A DNA stretch of 64,000 nucleotides from contig CBDCQT010000013.1 in the NCBI GenBank assembly GCA_965220745.1, positions 32,001 to 96,000 on the forward strand. The letters run 5' to 3'. Made by a program: the position numbers and the translations under genes. Shown here piece after piece: positions 39,559-50,316 of this stretch (within the stretch, counting starts at the first letter, position 1; the number at the start of each line of letters is the position of its first letter). This DNA is from Alphaproteobacteria bacterium (GTDB lineage Bacteria; Pseudomonadota; Alphaproteobacteria; UBA828). A model generated the notes under the pieces. That model was not told where the DNA came from. It did no database searches and worked only from the letters and a program-made list of their open reading frames with translations.

Positions 39559-39993
39559 TTATGCGGCTCGCTCGTCCTGGGCCTGCTTGTCCGCCGCGCC
39601 GGTCTCGGGCCCCAGGTCTTCGCCGTAGTGCGTGATGGCGCCGGTGGTGTGGAAGGTCTCCCACGCCACGCCCTCGGGGTCGAAGACCCAAGTCTTGTCA
39701 CCGCGCGCGTAGCAGCAGTTCGCGTCCGCCTGATCGACGTGGCGCTCGCCCGCCGCCTTGAGCCGCCCGGCAAGCGTATCCAGCTCGTCAGCGCTCTCGG
39801 TCTGGATGCCGAGATGGTCGACGCCGGGGCTGCCGCAGCGCGTCGAGATCGAGAGGTTGAGGCGGGGATCCTCCAGCATCCACTTCGCGTAGTCCTGCTT
39901 CAGCACTGTCGGCCCGGTGCCGAAGAGGGTCGTGTAGAACCCAACCGAGCGCTTGAGGTCGGTGACCGTGATGTTGATGTGGACGCGCTTCAT
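39559..39993 (-). CDS. ArsI/CadI-like VOC family protein
   Basis: MKRVHI, YAKWMLEDP, HLGIQ, CCYA..DKTWV.DP.G..WE.F. Confidence 0.9.
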   Translation of the reverse strand: MKRVHINITVTDLKRSVGFYTTLFGTGPTVLKQDYAKWMLEDPRLNLSISTRCGSPGVDHLGIQTESADELDTLAGRLKAAGERHVDQADANCCYARGDKTWVFDPEGVAWETFHTTGAITHYGEDLGPETGAADKQAQDERAA

Positions 39994-40222
39994 GATCCTC
40001 ACTCCGCCGCCTGCAGCCCGCGCCGGCAGTGATACTCCGATCCACCGGCCCGTGCTACTGCAGTGCGCGTCGGGTATCAGTGACGCCGGCGATCGCCCGA
40101 CCCACCTCACCTTGTCCCTCTCGCCGAGCGCGGCTTTGCCTTTGAAAGTCTCCTATCGGAACTGTTCGGGCTGTTCGGTCTGGCGCCGCGCGGGGCGAGC
40201 GTGAAATCTCGCGAGCCTGGGC

Positions 40223-41098
40223 TCAGTCTGACGCGTCGGGTTTCTTCCCGTAGCGCGCTTGCACCGATCGGGCGCGGCCCGCGCGCCGCGCCTGCACGAA
40301 GTAGATCGCAACGAAGCTGATGACGATGACGGCGAGCGAGAACACCGTGGTCATGGTGCCGACCGCATAGAGCGAGGGCGTCGCCGCGGTTCCGGTGACG
40401 GCGACCATCTCGACCGGCAGCGTGTTCGCGGTCCCTGTCACCAGCGAGGTGCGCGGGAATTCGTCGTAGGAGAGGGTGAAGCCGAAGAGGCCGACGGCGA
40501 TCATGCCCGGCGCCATGATCGGAATGACCACGTTGCGCAGATTCTGCCACTCGGTCGCGCCGAGGTCGCGTGCCGCCTCCTCGAGCGAGCGGTCGAAGCG
40601 GGCGAACACCGCCAGCATGATCAGCACCCCGATTGGGATGGTCCAGCTCAGATGGGCGCCAAGCCCGCCGGACCACCACTGCGTCTGCATCTCCAGGTTG
40701 GCGAAGCCGAGGCCGATGCCGAGGCTCACCAGGAAGGAGGGCGCCACCAGGCAGGTGATCACGAGATAAAAGAGCACCGTGCCGCCCACGAAGCCCTTGC
40801 GATAGGCGAGGCCGGCAAGGAACGACACCAGGACCGTCAGCGCCATCACGATCAGCGCCAGAATTACCGAGCGGCCGAAGGGCCAGCGGAAATCGCCGAT
40901 ATAGGTGGGGTCGATGACGTCCTTGAACCAGTGCAGCGAGAACCCGGTCATCGGGAACGTGAGCCCGCCCTGCGGCCCCTGGAAGGAGAGAATCGCGATC
41001 ACCGCGATCGGGCCGTAGAGGAACAGCATGAACAGCCAAAAGAAGATCGTGCGCGGAATGAAGCCCGGCGCACGGCGGACCTTCTCGCCACCCTTCAT
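40223..41098 (-). CDS. ABC permease (PotC-like)
   Basis: LFLYGP, SLEEAARDLGA, FTLSYDE. Confidence 0.9.
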   Translation of the reverse strand: MKGGEKVRRAPGFIPRTIFFWLFMLFLYGPIAVIAILSFQGPQGGLTFPMTGFSLHWFKDVIDPTYIGDFRWPFGRSVILALIVMALTVLVSFLAGLAYRKGFVGGTVLFYLVITCLVAPSFLVSLGIGLGFANLEMQTQWWSGGLGAHLSWTIPIGVLIMLAVFARFDRSLEEAARDLGATEWQNLRNVVIPIMAPGMIAVGLFGFTLSYDEFPRTSLVTGTANTLPVEMVAVTGTAATPSLYAVGTMTTVFSLAVIVISFVAIYFVQARRAGRARSVQARYGKKPDASD

Positions 41099-41973
41099 AG
41101 CTGCTTCCTCACGTCGACCACGCTCATGATCCCGCCAACGATCATCAACAGCACAATGAGCAGCAGCACCGCGCTGGCACAGGCGAAGGGATATTGCAGC
41201 ACGTCCACCTGATTGCGCATGGACATGAGCACCGTGCCGGCCTGGCCGCCGCTCAGCACCCGGATCGAGACGAAATCGCCCATTACCAGCGCGACCACGA
41301 AGATCGTGCCGATCGCGATTCCCGGCTTGCAGAGCGGAACGATGATGTTGAAGAAGATTTGAATGGCGGAGGCGCCGGAATCGCGCGCTGCCTCGATCAA
41401 GGAGCGGTCGATTTTCGCCATCACGTTGAAGAGCGGCGCCACCATGAACAGCGTGTACATGTGCACGTAGGAGACGATCACCGCGAACTCGGAGAACAGC
41501 AGGAACTCGAGCGGATCGTCGATCACCCCGATGCCCTGCAACGCGCGGTTGAGCAGCCCTTCCTTACCGAGGAAGGGGATCCACGAGATCATGCGGACCA
41601 CGCCGGAGGTCCAGAACGGCACCACGCTCAGCAGGAAGAGAAAAATCTTCCAGCGGAACGCGATGATATCGAAGACGAAGTAGTAGCTAAGTATAAATCC
41701 GAACACTAAAGTAACAGCCCAGGTTATGGCCGCTATTTTGAACGTGGCCAAATACGCTTCTAACGTATTGAACGATGTGAAAATGCCTTCGTAATTGTCG
41801 GTAACGAAGCCGGGTTCCATGAAGAACCCGTTGAATATGTAGAAGCTGAAAATCAGGATGACGATGACCGGGCCGACCAGGAACAGAAGCAGCACCACGC
41901 TGAGCGGCGTGACCTGCAGCGCTGAGCTGTAGCGCTTGAGGTAAGGGGTCAGCGCGGCAACGGCACCGTTCAT
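41095..41973 (-). CDS. ABC permease (PotB-like)
   Basis: PFWTS.VVR, IDRSLIEAARDSGA. Confidence 0.9.
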   Translation of the reverse strand: MNGAVAALTPYLKRYSSALQVTPLSVVLLLFLVGPVIVILIFSFYIFNGFFMEPGFVTDNYEGIFTSFNTLEAYLATFKIAAITWAVTLVFGFILSYYFVFDIIAFRWKIFLFLLSVVPFWTSGVVRMISWIPFLGKEGLLNRALQGIGVIDDPLEFLLFSEFAVIVSYVHMYTLFMVAPLFNVMAKIDRSLIEAARDSGASAIQIFFNIIVPLCKPGIAIGTIFVVALVMGDFVSIRVLSGGQAGTVLMSMRNQVDVLQYPFACASAVLLLIVLLMIVGGIMSVVDVRKQL

Positions 41974-42140
41974 CGCGTGAGCGGACCCGCCTCAGGCGGC
42001 AGAGCCGGACGGAGCACGCGCTTGTGCGCCGCTCCGCCCGGACACCCCCGCTGCCGCCCCCGCCACGCGCCGAAGAGCCGGCATCGCGAGGGCGGCAAGA
42101 TCATCAAACGTACTCACAGTCGCGACCGAATCGCGCACCG

Positions 42141-43433
42141 CTAGGCCGTCAGGAACTCGTTCCAGCGCTGGATGACGTAGGCATTCTCCGCCATCGTCGA
42201 GTTCCAGATGGCGACCCGGCCCATGCGGTTCTTCCAGGAGCCGCCGTCGCGCACGGCGCCCGGTTTCTCCATGACGTTGCCGAAGGGATCCTTGATCTCG
42301 TTCACGGCAGGCTTGCCTTCGAACCAGAAATCCCATTCGTCGGCCGGCAGGTGCTGCCTGGTCTGCTCGGGAGTCGGCATGTAGTAGCCCTGGCGCGCGA
42401 AGAAGGCGCCGGCTGGGCCCGAGTAGTACCAGTCGAAGAAGTCGTAGACCGCGCCCAGCTTCTTGCCTTCGACGAATTTCGACAACAGGAAGCCGATACC
42501 CCAGGAGCGGTAGCCCTCGTCCAGGTCGCTGTAAATGCAGGGCACCCCCTGGGAGCGGACCGCCGTCACCGCCGGCGACCACATCGACTGGATCACGACC
42601 TCACCGGAGAGCATCAGGTTTACCGACTCGCTGAAGGTCCCCCAGAACGCGCGGAAGTGGCCCTTCCGCTTGAGCTCGATCAGGAAATCGATGGTCGTAT
42701 CGATCTCGTCACGGGTCATGTTGCCCTTGTTGCCGTAGGTCATCATGCCCTGGGCCTCGATCGCCATGGCGAGGTCCATGAGGCCGATCTGCGGGAAGTT
42801 CTGCAGCGCCGCCCGGCCCTCGAACTCGGGGTTGATGAACTCCGCCCATGACGTGATCGGCCGGCCAATCAGGTCGGGCCGGATGCCGAGGGTGTCGGCA
42901 TTGTGGTTGGTCGGAATCATGGTGAGCCACTGGGTCTCCGGCTCGACGAAATCGCGGCTGTCGATGGCGGAGGTGTACTGCACCTGGGTCGGGTGCTGCC
43001 CCTGCCCATACCAGGCATCGGGCCAGATCTTGCCCTCCTTCTTGTAGAGGCCGATCGCCTGATCCCAATAGGCGAGCTTGGTAGTGTCGACCGCCTGGAA
43101 GTTCCCGGTCGGCCAGATGGCGTTGATCTGCTGATAGGCCGGCTCGACCGTGTCGAAGGAGCGCGGCTGGGTGGCCGCGCGCTGGCCCAAGGTGGCGAAA
43201 TCGACCACCGTCTGCAGGATCTGGAAGCCGAGCGCCTCCTCGGCCATCAGTTCCAGTTCCTTGATGTGGGACACCGCGGAGCCCAGCATGTGGATCTCGA
43301 TGTCCTCGATGTCCTGCGCCCAGATGGTGGGGAAACCACCAAGCGCCGTTGCAGCAACGGCCGCGGCGCTGCCTTTCAAGGCCGAACGCCGGGTAATGGA
43401 TGGAAGAAGCTTCGTCGAACGTGATTTTTTCAT
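42141..43433 (-). CDS. PotD/PotF-like substrate-binding protein with Tat signal
   Basis: ITRRSALKG signal, NADTLGIRPDL, GEVVIQSMWSP. Confidence 0.9.
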   Translation of the reverse strand: MKKSRSTKLLPSITRRSALKGSAAAVAATALGGFPTIWAQDIEDIEIHMLGSAVSHIKELELMAEEALGFQILQTVVDFATLGQRAATQPRSFDTVEPAYQQINAIWPTGNFQAVDTTKLAYWDQAIGLYKKEGKIWPDAWYGQGQHPTQVQYTSAIDSRDFVEPETQWLTMIPTNHNADTLGIRPDLIGRPITSWAEFINPEFEGRAALQNFPQIGLMDLAMAIEAQGMMTYGNKGNMTRDEIDTTIDFLIELKRKGHFRAFWGTFSESVNLMLSGEVVIQSMWSPAVTAVRSQGVPCIYSDLDEGYRSWGIGFLLSKFVEGKKLGAVYDFFDWYYSGPAGAFFARQGYYMPTPEQTRQHLPADEWDFWFEGKPAVNEIKDPFGNVMEKPGAVRDGGSWKNRMGRVAIWNSTMAENAYVIQRWNEFLTA

Positions 43434-43652
43434 CGCTTCGTCTCCCGCCAGCTAGTGCTGCGGCGCTGACGCCTGCGGGTCGCTACGGCCCGCGGCCGCG
43501 CTCTCGCCTCCCCGCGGCCGGCTTCGCTTGTTTTCCGGCGGCATCTTTGCGCCGCCACGCGCGATCCCGACCGCGACTGACGAAAGTATTCCCCAGAGGC
43601 GCGCGCCAAGCAAGACGCGCGCGCGGTCCGAAGGCGCCCGCCGAAACCGCGC

Positions 43653-45413
43653 TCAAGCCTTCGTACGGCGAAGCGCGGTGCGGAGCGCCACGGTCGCTGC
43701 CTCGTCAACGGTCAGCGAGTCGTCCAGGACCACGCCGTAGCTCTCGCGCGCCTCGGCGGCCGTGTAGAAGCCGTCGGCCACGTCGTCGGACACCAACGCG
43801 GCCGAGCGATCGAGCGGGTCGCCGTAGCCGCCGCCGCCCGGCGTGTAGACGGCGATGCAGTCGCCGGCCTCGGTCGGCGTCGCCGGCACCTTGGCCGGCC
43901 AACTCTCCACCTCATCCGGCGCCGCGGCGTTCCATTTCTCGAGCCTGCCGACGGTGCCGGGCGCACCGCCCCGGAAGCCCCAGGGCACATCCTCGTGCCG
44001 GTCCGCCTCGTGGACGACGTAGCCTGGCGTGAGGAAGCGCTGCACCTTGACGATGCCGAGCCCGCCGCGATGGCGCCCGGCGCCCGGCGCCACATCGTCT
44101 CGAAGCTCGTAGCGGTCGCAGATCAGAGGCAGGTGCATGCCGAGATCCTCGATCGGGTTGTTACGGGTGTTGCGCATCAACTCGTCGATCGAATCCGGAC
44201 CGTCGGAGGCCGGACGCCCGCCATAGGCGGACTCATTGATCTCGACCAGAATCCAATAGTCGCCGCTGGGCCGCACGCCGGAATAGGCGAAGGCCGAGAG
44301 GGTCGCGCCGCAGCCGGCCGTCACCTTGTCCGGGATCGCCGGCGCGAGCGCCTTGCTGATGAGGTCGACCAGGCGCTGGCACTGGGCGAAGCGCGATTGG
44401 CAGGCGGCCGGAAACTTCGGGTTGAAGATCGAGCCTTCGGGCGAGACCACCTCGATCGGGCGGAACGAGCCCTGGTTCTGGGGAATGTATTCAGTGGTGG
44501 TGCTCGTATCGAGCAGGAGCGCGCGGAACGCGAAATAGCACGTCACCTTGGTCGAACCCTCGAAGGGGACGTTGTAGGCGGTCGCCACCTGAGCCGCGGA
44601 GCCGGTCGTGTCGACCACCGCCGAATCGTCCCTGATCCGCACGGTGACTTTGACCGGCAGGCGGACCTCCCGGTTGACGCCGTCGTCGTCCAGAAAGCCT
44701 TCGGCGACATAGTCCCCGTCGGGAATCTCCCGGATGCGCCGGCGCAGCATCCGCTCCGAATAGTCCATCAATTCGGCCGTGGCGGCTTCAAGCGTCACCT
44801 TTCCGTAGGTTTCGTACAGCTCCTGGAAGCGGCGGACTCCCAGCTGGGCGGAGGCGACCTGCGCCTCGATATCGCCCAGCACGTCACGCGGCACGCGCGT
44901 GTTGGTCTCGATGTGCTGCCAGAGCGCGCGGTTCAGCTTATCTTCCTCGTAGAGCTTCACGCCCGAGAAGAGCATGCCCTCGGCGAACACGTCCGGAATG
45001 TCGATGACGATGCCCGGAGTCGCGGCGCCGAGGTCGACATGATGCGCCGTGTTGGCCGAGAAGCCGACCAGCTCGTCCTCGTAAAACACCGGTGCGATGC
45101 AGCAGATGTCCGGCACATGGCTCGCGCCGCGATAGGGATGGTTGTGCAGCACGACATCGCCGGGCCGCCATGTGCCGTGCATGGTGCGCTCGGCGCCCCG
45201 CAGATAGCCGGGGATCGAGCCGATATGCATCGGCGTCGAATCCGATTCGCAGAGCGTGTTGAAGTTGCGGTCGAAGAGCCCGGCGCCGAGATCCTCCGAT
45301 TCCCGGATGATCGTGGAGTAGGACATGCGGTAGAGCATGTGGCCCATCTCCTTCGCGATCGTATGCAGGGCGCCGCCGATCACCTGCACGGTGATGGGGT
45401 CGACGTTCGCCAT
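43653..45413 (-). CDS. Hydantoinase B/oxoprolinase family subunit
   Basis: DPIT, YSTIIRESED, NHPY.G.SH, HHVDLG, GAGRHRGG, TPGGGGYGDP. Confidence 0.92.
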   Translation of the reverse strand: MANVDPITVQVIGGALHTIAKEMGHMLYRMSYSTIIRESEDLGAGLFDRNFNTLCESDSTPMHIGSIPGYLRGAERTMHGTWRPGDVVLHNHPYRGASHVPDICCIAPVFYEDELVGFSANTAHHVDLGAATPGIVIDIPDVFAEGMLFSGVKLYEEDKLNRALWQHIETNTRVPRDVLGDIEAQVASAQLGVRRFQELYETYGKVTLEAATAELMDYSERMLRRRIREIPDGDYVAEGFLDDDGVNREVRLPVKVTVRIRDDSAVVDTTGSAAQVATAYNVPFEGSTKVTCYFAFRALLLDTSTTTEYIPQNQGSFRPIEVVSPEGSIFNPKFPAACQSRFAQCQRLVDLISKALAPAIPDKVTAGCGATLSAFAYSGVRPSGDYWILVEINESAYGGRPASDGPDSIDELMRNTRNNPIEDLGMHLPLICDRYELRDDVAPGAGRHRGGLGIVKVQRFLTPGYVVHEADRHEDVPWGFRGGAPGTVGRLEKWNAAAPDEVESWPAKVPATPTEAGDCIAVYTPGGGGYGDPLDRSAALVSDDVADGFYTAAEARESYGVVLDDSLTVDEAATVALRTALRRTKA

Positions 45414-45532
45414 GGCGCGTGCCTCCCGTTCGACCTCGCCGGCTAGGCTAGAGAGCGGCCGGCGCCGAATCAAACCCGTCGCCCCTAGCCCTGCCGTGGC
45501 ATACCATGAGCAGGCAACGGAGGGAGACAGCG

Positions 45533-46219
45533 ATGCCGCTGGATGACGACGTTCGCAAAGCGCTCGACACCATCTTCTCCGGCGACGCCGGGCTCTACCA
45601 GAAGCGCGGCTGGAACCAGCGCTCGGGCTTCGGCACGCGGCCTGCGCTCCTCAACATCGACCTCGCCAACGCCTGGACCCGTCCGGGCTATCGCTTCTCC
45701 TGCGATGATATGGACCAGCAGATCATCCCCGGCGTGCAGCGCTTGCTCGAAGCCGCGCGGGCCAAGCAGGTGCCGATCATCTACACCACCACCGCCTTCT
45801 GCAGCCGCTTCGACATGGGTGCCTTCCCGCTCAAGACGCCATTCGAGGACCTCATGCTGGGCACGCCTGCGTGCGAGATCGACGACCGCATCCCGCCGGA
45901 GGAGGGCGTCGACACGGTGATCGTGAAGAAGAGGCCGAGCGCCTTCGCCGGCACCCATCTCGGCGGCATCCTGCGTGCCGGCGGCATCGACACATTGATC
46001 TGCACCGGCGTCACCATGGCCGGCTGCGTCAGGCATACGGTGGAAGACGCGCTGGGCGAGGGGTTCCGCACCGTCGTGGTGCGCGAATGCGTCGGCGACC
46101 GCGTGCCCGCGGCAGTCGAGTGGAACCTGTTCGACATCGACATGAAGTATTGCGACGTCGAACCGCTCGATCGGGTGCTGGCCTACCTGGACGATCTGGA
46201 ACCCTTCGCCAACCGGTAG
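45533..46219 (+). CDS. Isochorismatase/cysteine hydrolase (N-carbamoylsarcosine amidase/NicF-like)
   Basis: GFG.RPALLNID, KKRPSAF, GVT..GCVR (Asp-Lys-Cys triad). Confidence 0.9.
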   Translation: MPLDDDVRKALDTIFSGDAGLYQKRGWNQRSGFGTRPALLNIDLANAWTRPGYRFSCDDMDQQIIPGVQRLLEAARAKQVPIIYTTTAFCSRFDMGAFPLKTPFEDLMLGTPACEIDDRIPPEEGVDTVIVKKRPSAFAGTHLGGILRAGGIDTLICTGVTMAGCVRHTVEDALGEGFRTVVVRECVGDRVPAAVEWNLFDIDMKYCDVEPLDRVLAYLDDLEPFANR

Positions 46220-46285
46220 CGGCGCGGCGGGCGCGTTCGGCGGGCCGAGTGGGAACTGAGCGTTACCGACCGAGGTTATGCGTCG

Positions 46286-48343
46286 ATGGCGTATCGGCTG
46301 GGAGTCGACGTGGGAGGCACCTTCACGGACGTGCTCCTGATCAACGAAGAAGACAGCAGCTTTCGCGTCGCCAAGGTTCCGTCCACCCCCGCAGACTCAT
46401 CGATCGGCGTGCTCAACGGCATCGCGCGCGTTTGCGAGTTGGCCGACATCCGGCCCGGCGCGATTCAGAACGTGATGCACGGGACCACGGTCGCGACCAA
46501 CGCGATCCTCACCGGCAAGGGCGCGCGCGTCGGCCTGGTCACGACGAAGGGCTATCGGCACGTCCTGCAAATCGCCCGCTCCTTCGTTCCGGGCGGCCTC
46601 GGCGCCTGGGTCATCTTCAACAAGACGCCGCCTCTCGCGCCCCTGGCGCTGACCGTGGAAGCGCACGAGCGGATCGACGCCAGAGGCGAGATTGTCGAGA
46701 CACTGGACGAGGATGAGCTGCGCGAATCGCTGCGATCGCTCAAGCAAAAGGGAATCGACGCGCTCACAATTTCGCTGATCAATTCCTACACCGACGACTC
46801 GCATGAGAAGATCGCCGGCCGCATCGCGGCGGAGGAGCTGCCCGACATTCCGATCTCGCTCTCCTCCCAGGTGATCCCCGAGATGCAGGAGTACGAGCGC
46901 ACGATCACGACGGTCTGCAATTCCTATGTCCGCCCGATCGTTTCCCGGTACGTGCGCAACCTGAGCCGGGAGCTCGGCACGATATCGGGCGACGTGAATC
47001 TGCACATCCTGCGCTCGGACGGAGGCCTGACCTCCCCCGTCGGCGCCGAAACGGTTCCCGTCAACCTGCTGATGAGCGGCCCCGCCGGCGGCGTCACCGG
47101 CGCGCTCTGGATCGCGCGGCAGGCCGGGTTCGACAACCTCCTCACCTTCGACATGGGCGGCACCTCGACGGATGTCTGCCTGGTCAGGGACGGAGTCGCG
47201 CAAATCCGGCGCGAGACGACCGTCGGCGATCTCACGGTGCGCGCATCGTCGGTTGACGTGCGCTCCGTCGGCGCGGGCGGCGGCTCGATCGCCCACGTGC
47301 CCGAGCTGACCAAAGCGCTTCGCGTGGGGCCTGCCAGTGCCGGCGCCGATCCCGGCCCAGCCGGCTACGGCAAGGGTGGCACGGAGCCGACCGTGACCGA
47401 CGCGAATGTCGTGCTCGGCCACTTGCCCGAAGCCTCGCTGCTCGGCGGCGACCTCGCCATCGACAGGGCGAAGTCGGCGGACGCAGTCGGCAAGGTCGCG
47501 AACGCGCTCGGTTTTTCGACGGAGCGGGCCGCCGCGGGCATCTACAACATCGTCAACGAGACCATGATCGGCGCGCTGCGCCTCGTTTCCGTGCAGCAGG
47601 GCTTCGACCCGCGTGACTTTGCACTGGTCGCGTTCGGCGGCGCCGGCCCGATGCACGCCAACGCGCTGGCGCGGATCCTCGGGTGCTGGCCGGTGATCGT
47701 GCCGCCGAGCCCCGGCGTACTCTGCGCCTACGGAGACGCGACGACGCGTACCAGGGACGAAGCGTCGCGCAGCCTCATGCGGCGGATGTCGGAGACCGGC
47801 AGGGCGGACGTGCTGGCGATCCTGGAGGAGTTGGCGGAACAGGCCGCGAGGTCCCTGGATGACGAGGGCATCCCCCGCGCCGAGCAATCCGCGCATTTCG
47901 AGATCGACGTGCGCTATGCCGGGCAGGTGCTTCATCTGACGGTGACCGTGGAGATGGAGGAGCTTCGGCGCAGCGGACTCGGCTGCATCGAAGCGGCATT
48001 CGACGAGCTGCACGAACGTCTCTACACCTTCGCGCTCGACATGGATCGGGAGATCATCAACCTGCGCGCCATCGTGCAGGGCAAGGAGACACCGCTCAGT
48101 GCGCCGCGCCTGGCGGCCGGAACGCGCGATGCCTCCGCCGCGCAGGCCGGAAGCCAGACCGTATACGTGGATGGCGCCCATCGCGACGTGCCGGTCTATG
48201 ACCGCGCCAGGCTCCTCGCCGGCAATGTCATCGAGGGGCCGGCCATCGTGATGCAGCTCGACTCCACCACCGTGCTGCTGCCCGACCACGACGGTGAAAT
48301 CGACGCGATCGGAAACATCCTGATCCACCCGCGGGCGGGGTGA
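46286..48343 (+). CDS. Hydantoinase A/oxoprolinase ATP-binding subunit
   Basis: GVDVGGTFTD, HGTTVATNA, SGPAGG, DMGGTSTD, GAGGGS. Confidence 0.95.
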   Translation: MAYRLGVDVGGTFTDVLLINEEDSSFRVAKVPSTPADSSIGVLNGIARVCELADIRPGAIQNVMHGTTVATNAILTGKGARVGLVTTKGYRHVLQIARSFVPGGLGAWVIFNKTPPLAPLALTVEAHERIDARGEIVETLDEDELRESLRSLKQKGIDALTISLINSYTDDSHEKIAGRIAAEELPDIPISLSSQVIPEMQEYERTITTVCNSYVRPIVSRYVRNLSRELGTISGDVNLHILRSDGGLTSPVGAETVPVNLLMSGPAGGVTGALWIARQAGFDNLLTFDMGGTSTDVCLVRDGVAQIRRETTVGDLTVRASSVDVRSVGAGGGSIAHVPELTKALRVGPASAGADPGPAGYGKGGTEPTVTDANVVLGHLPEASLLGGDLAIDRAKSADAVGKVANALGFSTERAAAGIYNIVNETMIGALRLVSVQQGFDPRDFALVAFGGAGPMHANALARILGCWPVIVPPSPGVLCAYGDATTRTRDEASRSLMRRMSETGRADVLAILEELAEQAARSLDDEGIPRAEQSAHFEIDVRYAGQVLHLTVTVEMEELRRSGLGCIEAAFDELHERLYTFALDMDREIINLRAIVQGKETPLSAPRLAAGTRDASAAQAGSQTVYVDGAHRDVPVYDRARLLAGNVIEGPAIVMQLDSTTVLLPDHDGEIDAIGNILIHPRAG

Positions 48344-48356
48344 GCGAGGGACGACC

Positions 48357-50255
48357 ATGCCGGCGACCGTGATCGAGAGCAATCACACCCCGTTCAGCCG
48401 GGTCGAGGTCGACCCGGTCGATCTCGACATCATCGAGAACGCGCTGCGCAACGCGCGGCACGAAATGGATGCCGTTCTCTTCCGCACCGCCATGTCGCCC
48501 GGAATCAGAGAGCAGCACGACGAGTTCCCCCTGATCGCGAATCGTGATGGCAAGATGGTGGTCGGGCAGTTTGGCGCCTTCATCAACGTGTTTCTCAACT
48601 CCTACGAAGGCGAGATTCACGAGGGCGATGTCTTTCTCACGAACGATCCCTATTCCTGCGACGGCGCCATCAGCCACACGCCCGATTGGCTGGTGCTGCT
48701 GCCGATCTTCAAGAAGGGCCGGGTGATCGGCTGGGCCGCGATGTTCGGCCACATGACCGATACGGGAGGCCGCGTTCCCGGCAGCATGCCGACGGACGCT
48801 CAGCAGATATTCGAAGAGGGCATCATTATTCCACCGACCAAGATATATCGGCGCGGTGAACGCCAGGACGAAATCCTGCAACTGATCTTGCACAACTGCC
48901 GCATGCCGCACTGGAACCGGAGCGATCTTGATGCGTTGATCGCGGGCTGCCGCCTCGCGGCGATACGCGTCATCGAGCTGTCGGACCGCTTCGGTGACGA
49001 CACGTACCATTCCGCATTGGAAGAGTTGTTGGAGCGCACGCGCCGGGCAATGCGCCACATCATTCTGACGGGAATTTCGGAGGAAAAGCAGTATTTCGAA
49101 GACTATTTGGATGACGACGGCGTCGGCATGGGCCCCTACAAGATTGCCTGCTCCCTATGGCGCGAAGGCGACAAGATGATCCTCGATTTCGAGGGAACCG
49201 ATCCGCAGTCGCAAAGCTCGATCAATTTCTATTGCAACGAAGAAATGACCAAGATGCATTGCGGGGTTTTCCTCATCATGCTCGCGGACCCGCAGATTCT
49301 TTTCAACGACGGCTTCTACGATCTGATGGACGTGCGCATCCCCGAGGGGACGCTGTACAAGCCCATCAAGCCTGCGGCGCTCTCCTGCCGCACCCATGGC
49401 CTGGCGCGCTGCATGGACGTGCTCGCCGGGCTGTTCGGGCAGAGCAACCCTGACTACATGTGCGCGGCTGGATTCTCGGCCAGCCCGCATTTCCTGTACT
49501 CGGGCTACGATTCCCGCGGCGAGTGGTTTCAGCTCTTTCACATCGCGTTCGGCGGCATCGCCGCCGCACCCTCGGGCGACGGTGCCGATGGCCATGGCAT
49601 GTGGCCGGACTTCACCAACGTGCCTTGCGAATACCTCGAAGCGATTTGCCCGCTGCGCATGGACGCCCACGAGGTGATCCCGGATTCCGGGGGAGCCGGG
49701 CTTCACCGCGGCGGCAACGGCGTGCACACCGCCTACCGCATCCTCAATGCAGGCGACGTTTCCATTCACGACGACCGCTGGCTCTCTTACCCGTGGGGCG
49801 TGCGGGGCGGGCTGCCCGGTGCGCGAAGCCGGAAGTACGTTGAGCGCACGGACGGGACGATCGAGGTTCTTCCCTCGAAGTGCGACCGCGTGCGGGTCGA
49901 GCCGGGGGATGTCGTGCACTACTGCACGTGGGGCGGCGGCGGCTGGGGCGATCCGCTGGAGCGGCCGGTCGAGCAAGTGGCGTTCGACGTCGAGGCCGGC
50001 CTCGTCACGACCGCAGGCGCGCGACGTTACGGCGTGGTCATGGGCGAGGAGTCTGCCGTCGACGAGGAGGCCACGCGGGCGCTACGCGAGAGCATGCGGC
50101 TGGAGCGGGGCAACCCCGACCTCTTCGACATGGGCGGCGACATCGACGAGATCGTGGCCCGCTGCGAGGAGGAGACGGGGCTTCCAGCGCCGCGCCCGCC
50201 CGAGTTCGCCCCGTGGGCACTGGCGACTCGGGAGCGTGCTCGCGACGAGGCGTGA
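48357..50255 (+). CDS. Hydantoinase B/oxoprolinase subunit
   Basis: AMSPGIREQHD, NDPY...SH..D, GHMTD.GG, DSGGAG.HRGG, TWGGGGWGDP. Confidence 0.95.
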   Translation: MPATVIESNHTPFSRVEVDPVDLDIIENALRNARHEMDAVLFRTAMSPGIREQHDEFPLIANRDGKMVVGQFGAFINVFLNSYEGEIHEGDVFLTNDPYSCDGAISHTPDWLVLLPIFKKGRVIGWAAMFGHMTDTGGRVPGSMPTDAQQIFEEGIIIPPTKIYRRGERQDEILQLILHNCRMPHWNRSDLDALIAGCRLAAIRVIELSDRFGDDTYHSALEELLERTRRAMRHIILTGISEEKQYFEDYLDDDGVGMGPYKIACSLWREGDKMILDFEGTDPQSQSSINFYCNEEMTKMHCGVFLIMLADPQILFNDGFYDLMDVRIPEGTLYKPIKPAALSCRTHGLARCMDVLAGLFGQSNPDYMCAAGFSASPHFLYSGYDSRGEWFQLFHIAFGGIAAAPSGDGADGHGMWPDFTNVPCEYLEAICPLRMDAHEVIPDSGGAGLHRGGNGVHTAYRILNAGDVSIHDDRWLSYPWGVRGGLPGARSRKYVERTDGTIEVLPSKCDRVRVEPGDVVHYCTWGGGGWGDPLERPVEQVAFDVEAGLVTTAGARRYGVVMGEESAVDEEATRALRESMRLERGNPDLFDMGGDIDEIVARCEEETGLPAPRPPEFAPWALATRERARDEA

Positions 50256-50316
50256 AGTTGGAGCTGGGCCGCCGCGAGAGCCGCACAGCAACCTGGGTCG
50301 GGGTGTGTGGGGGTGT

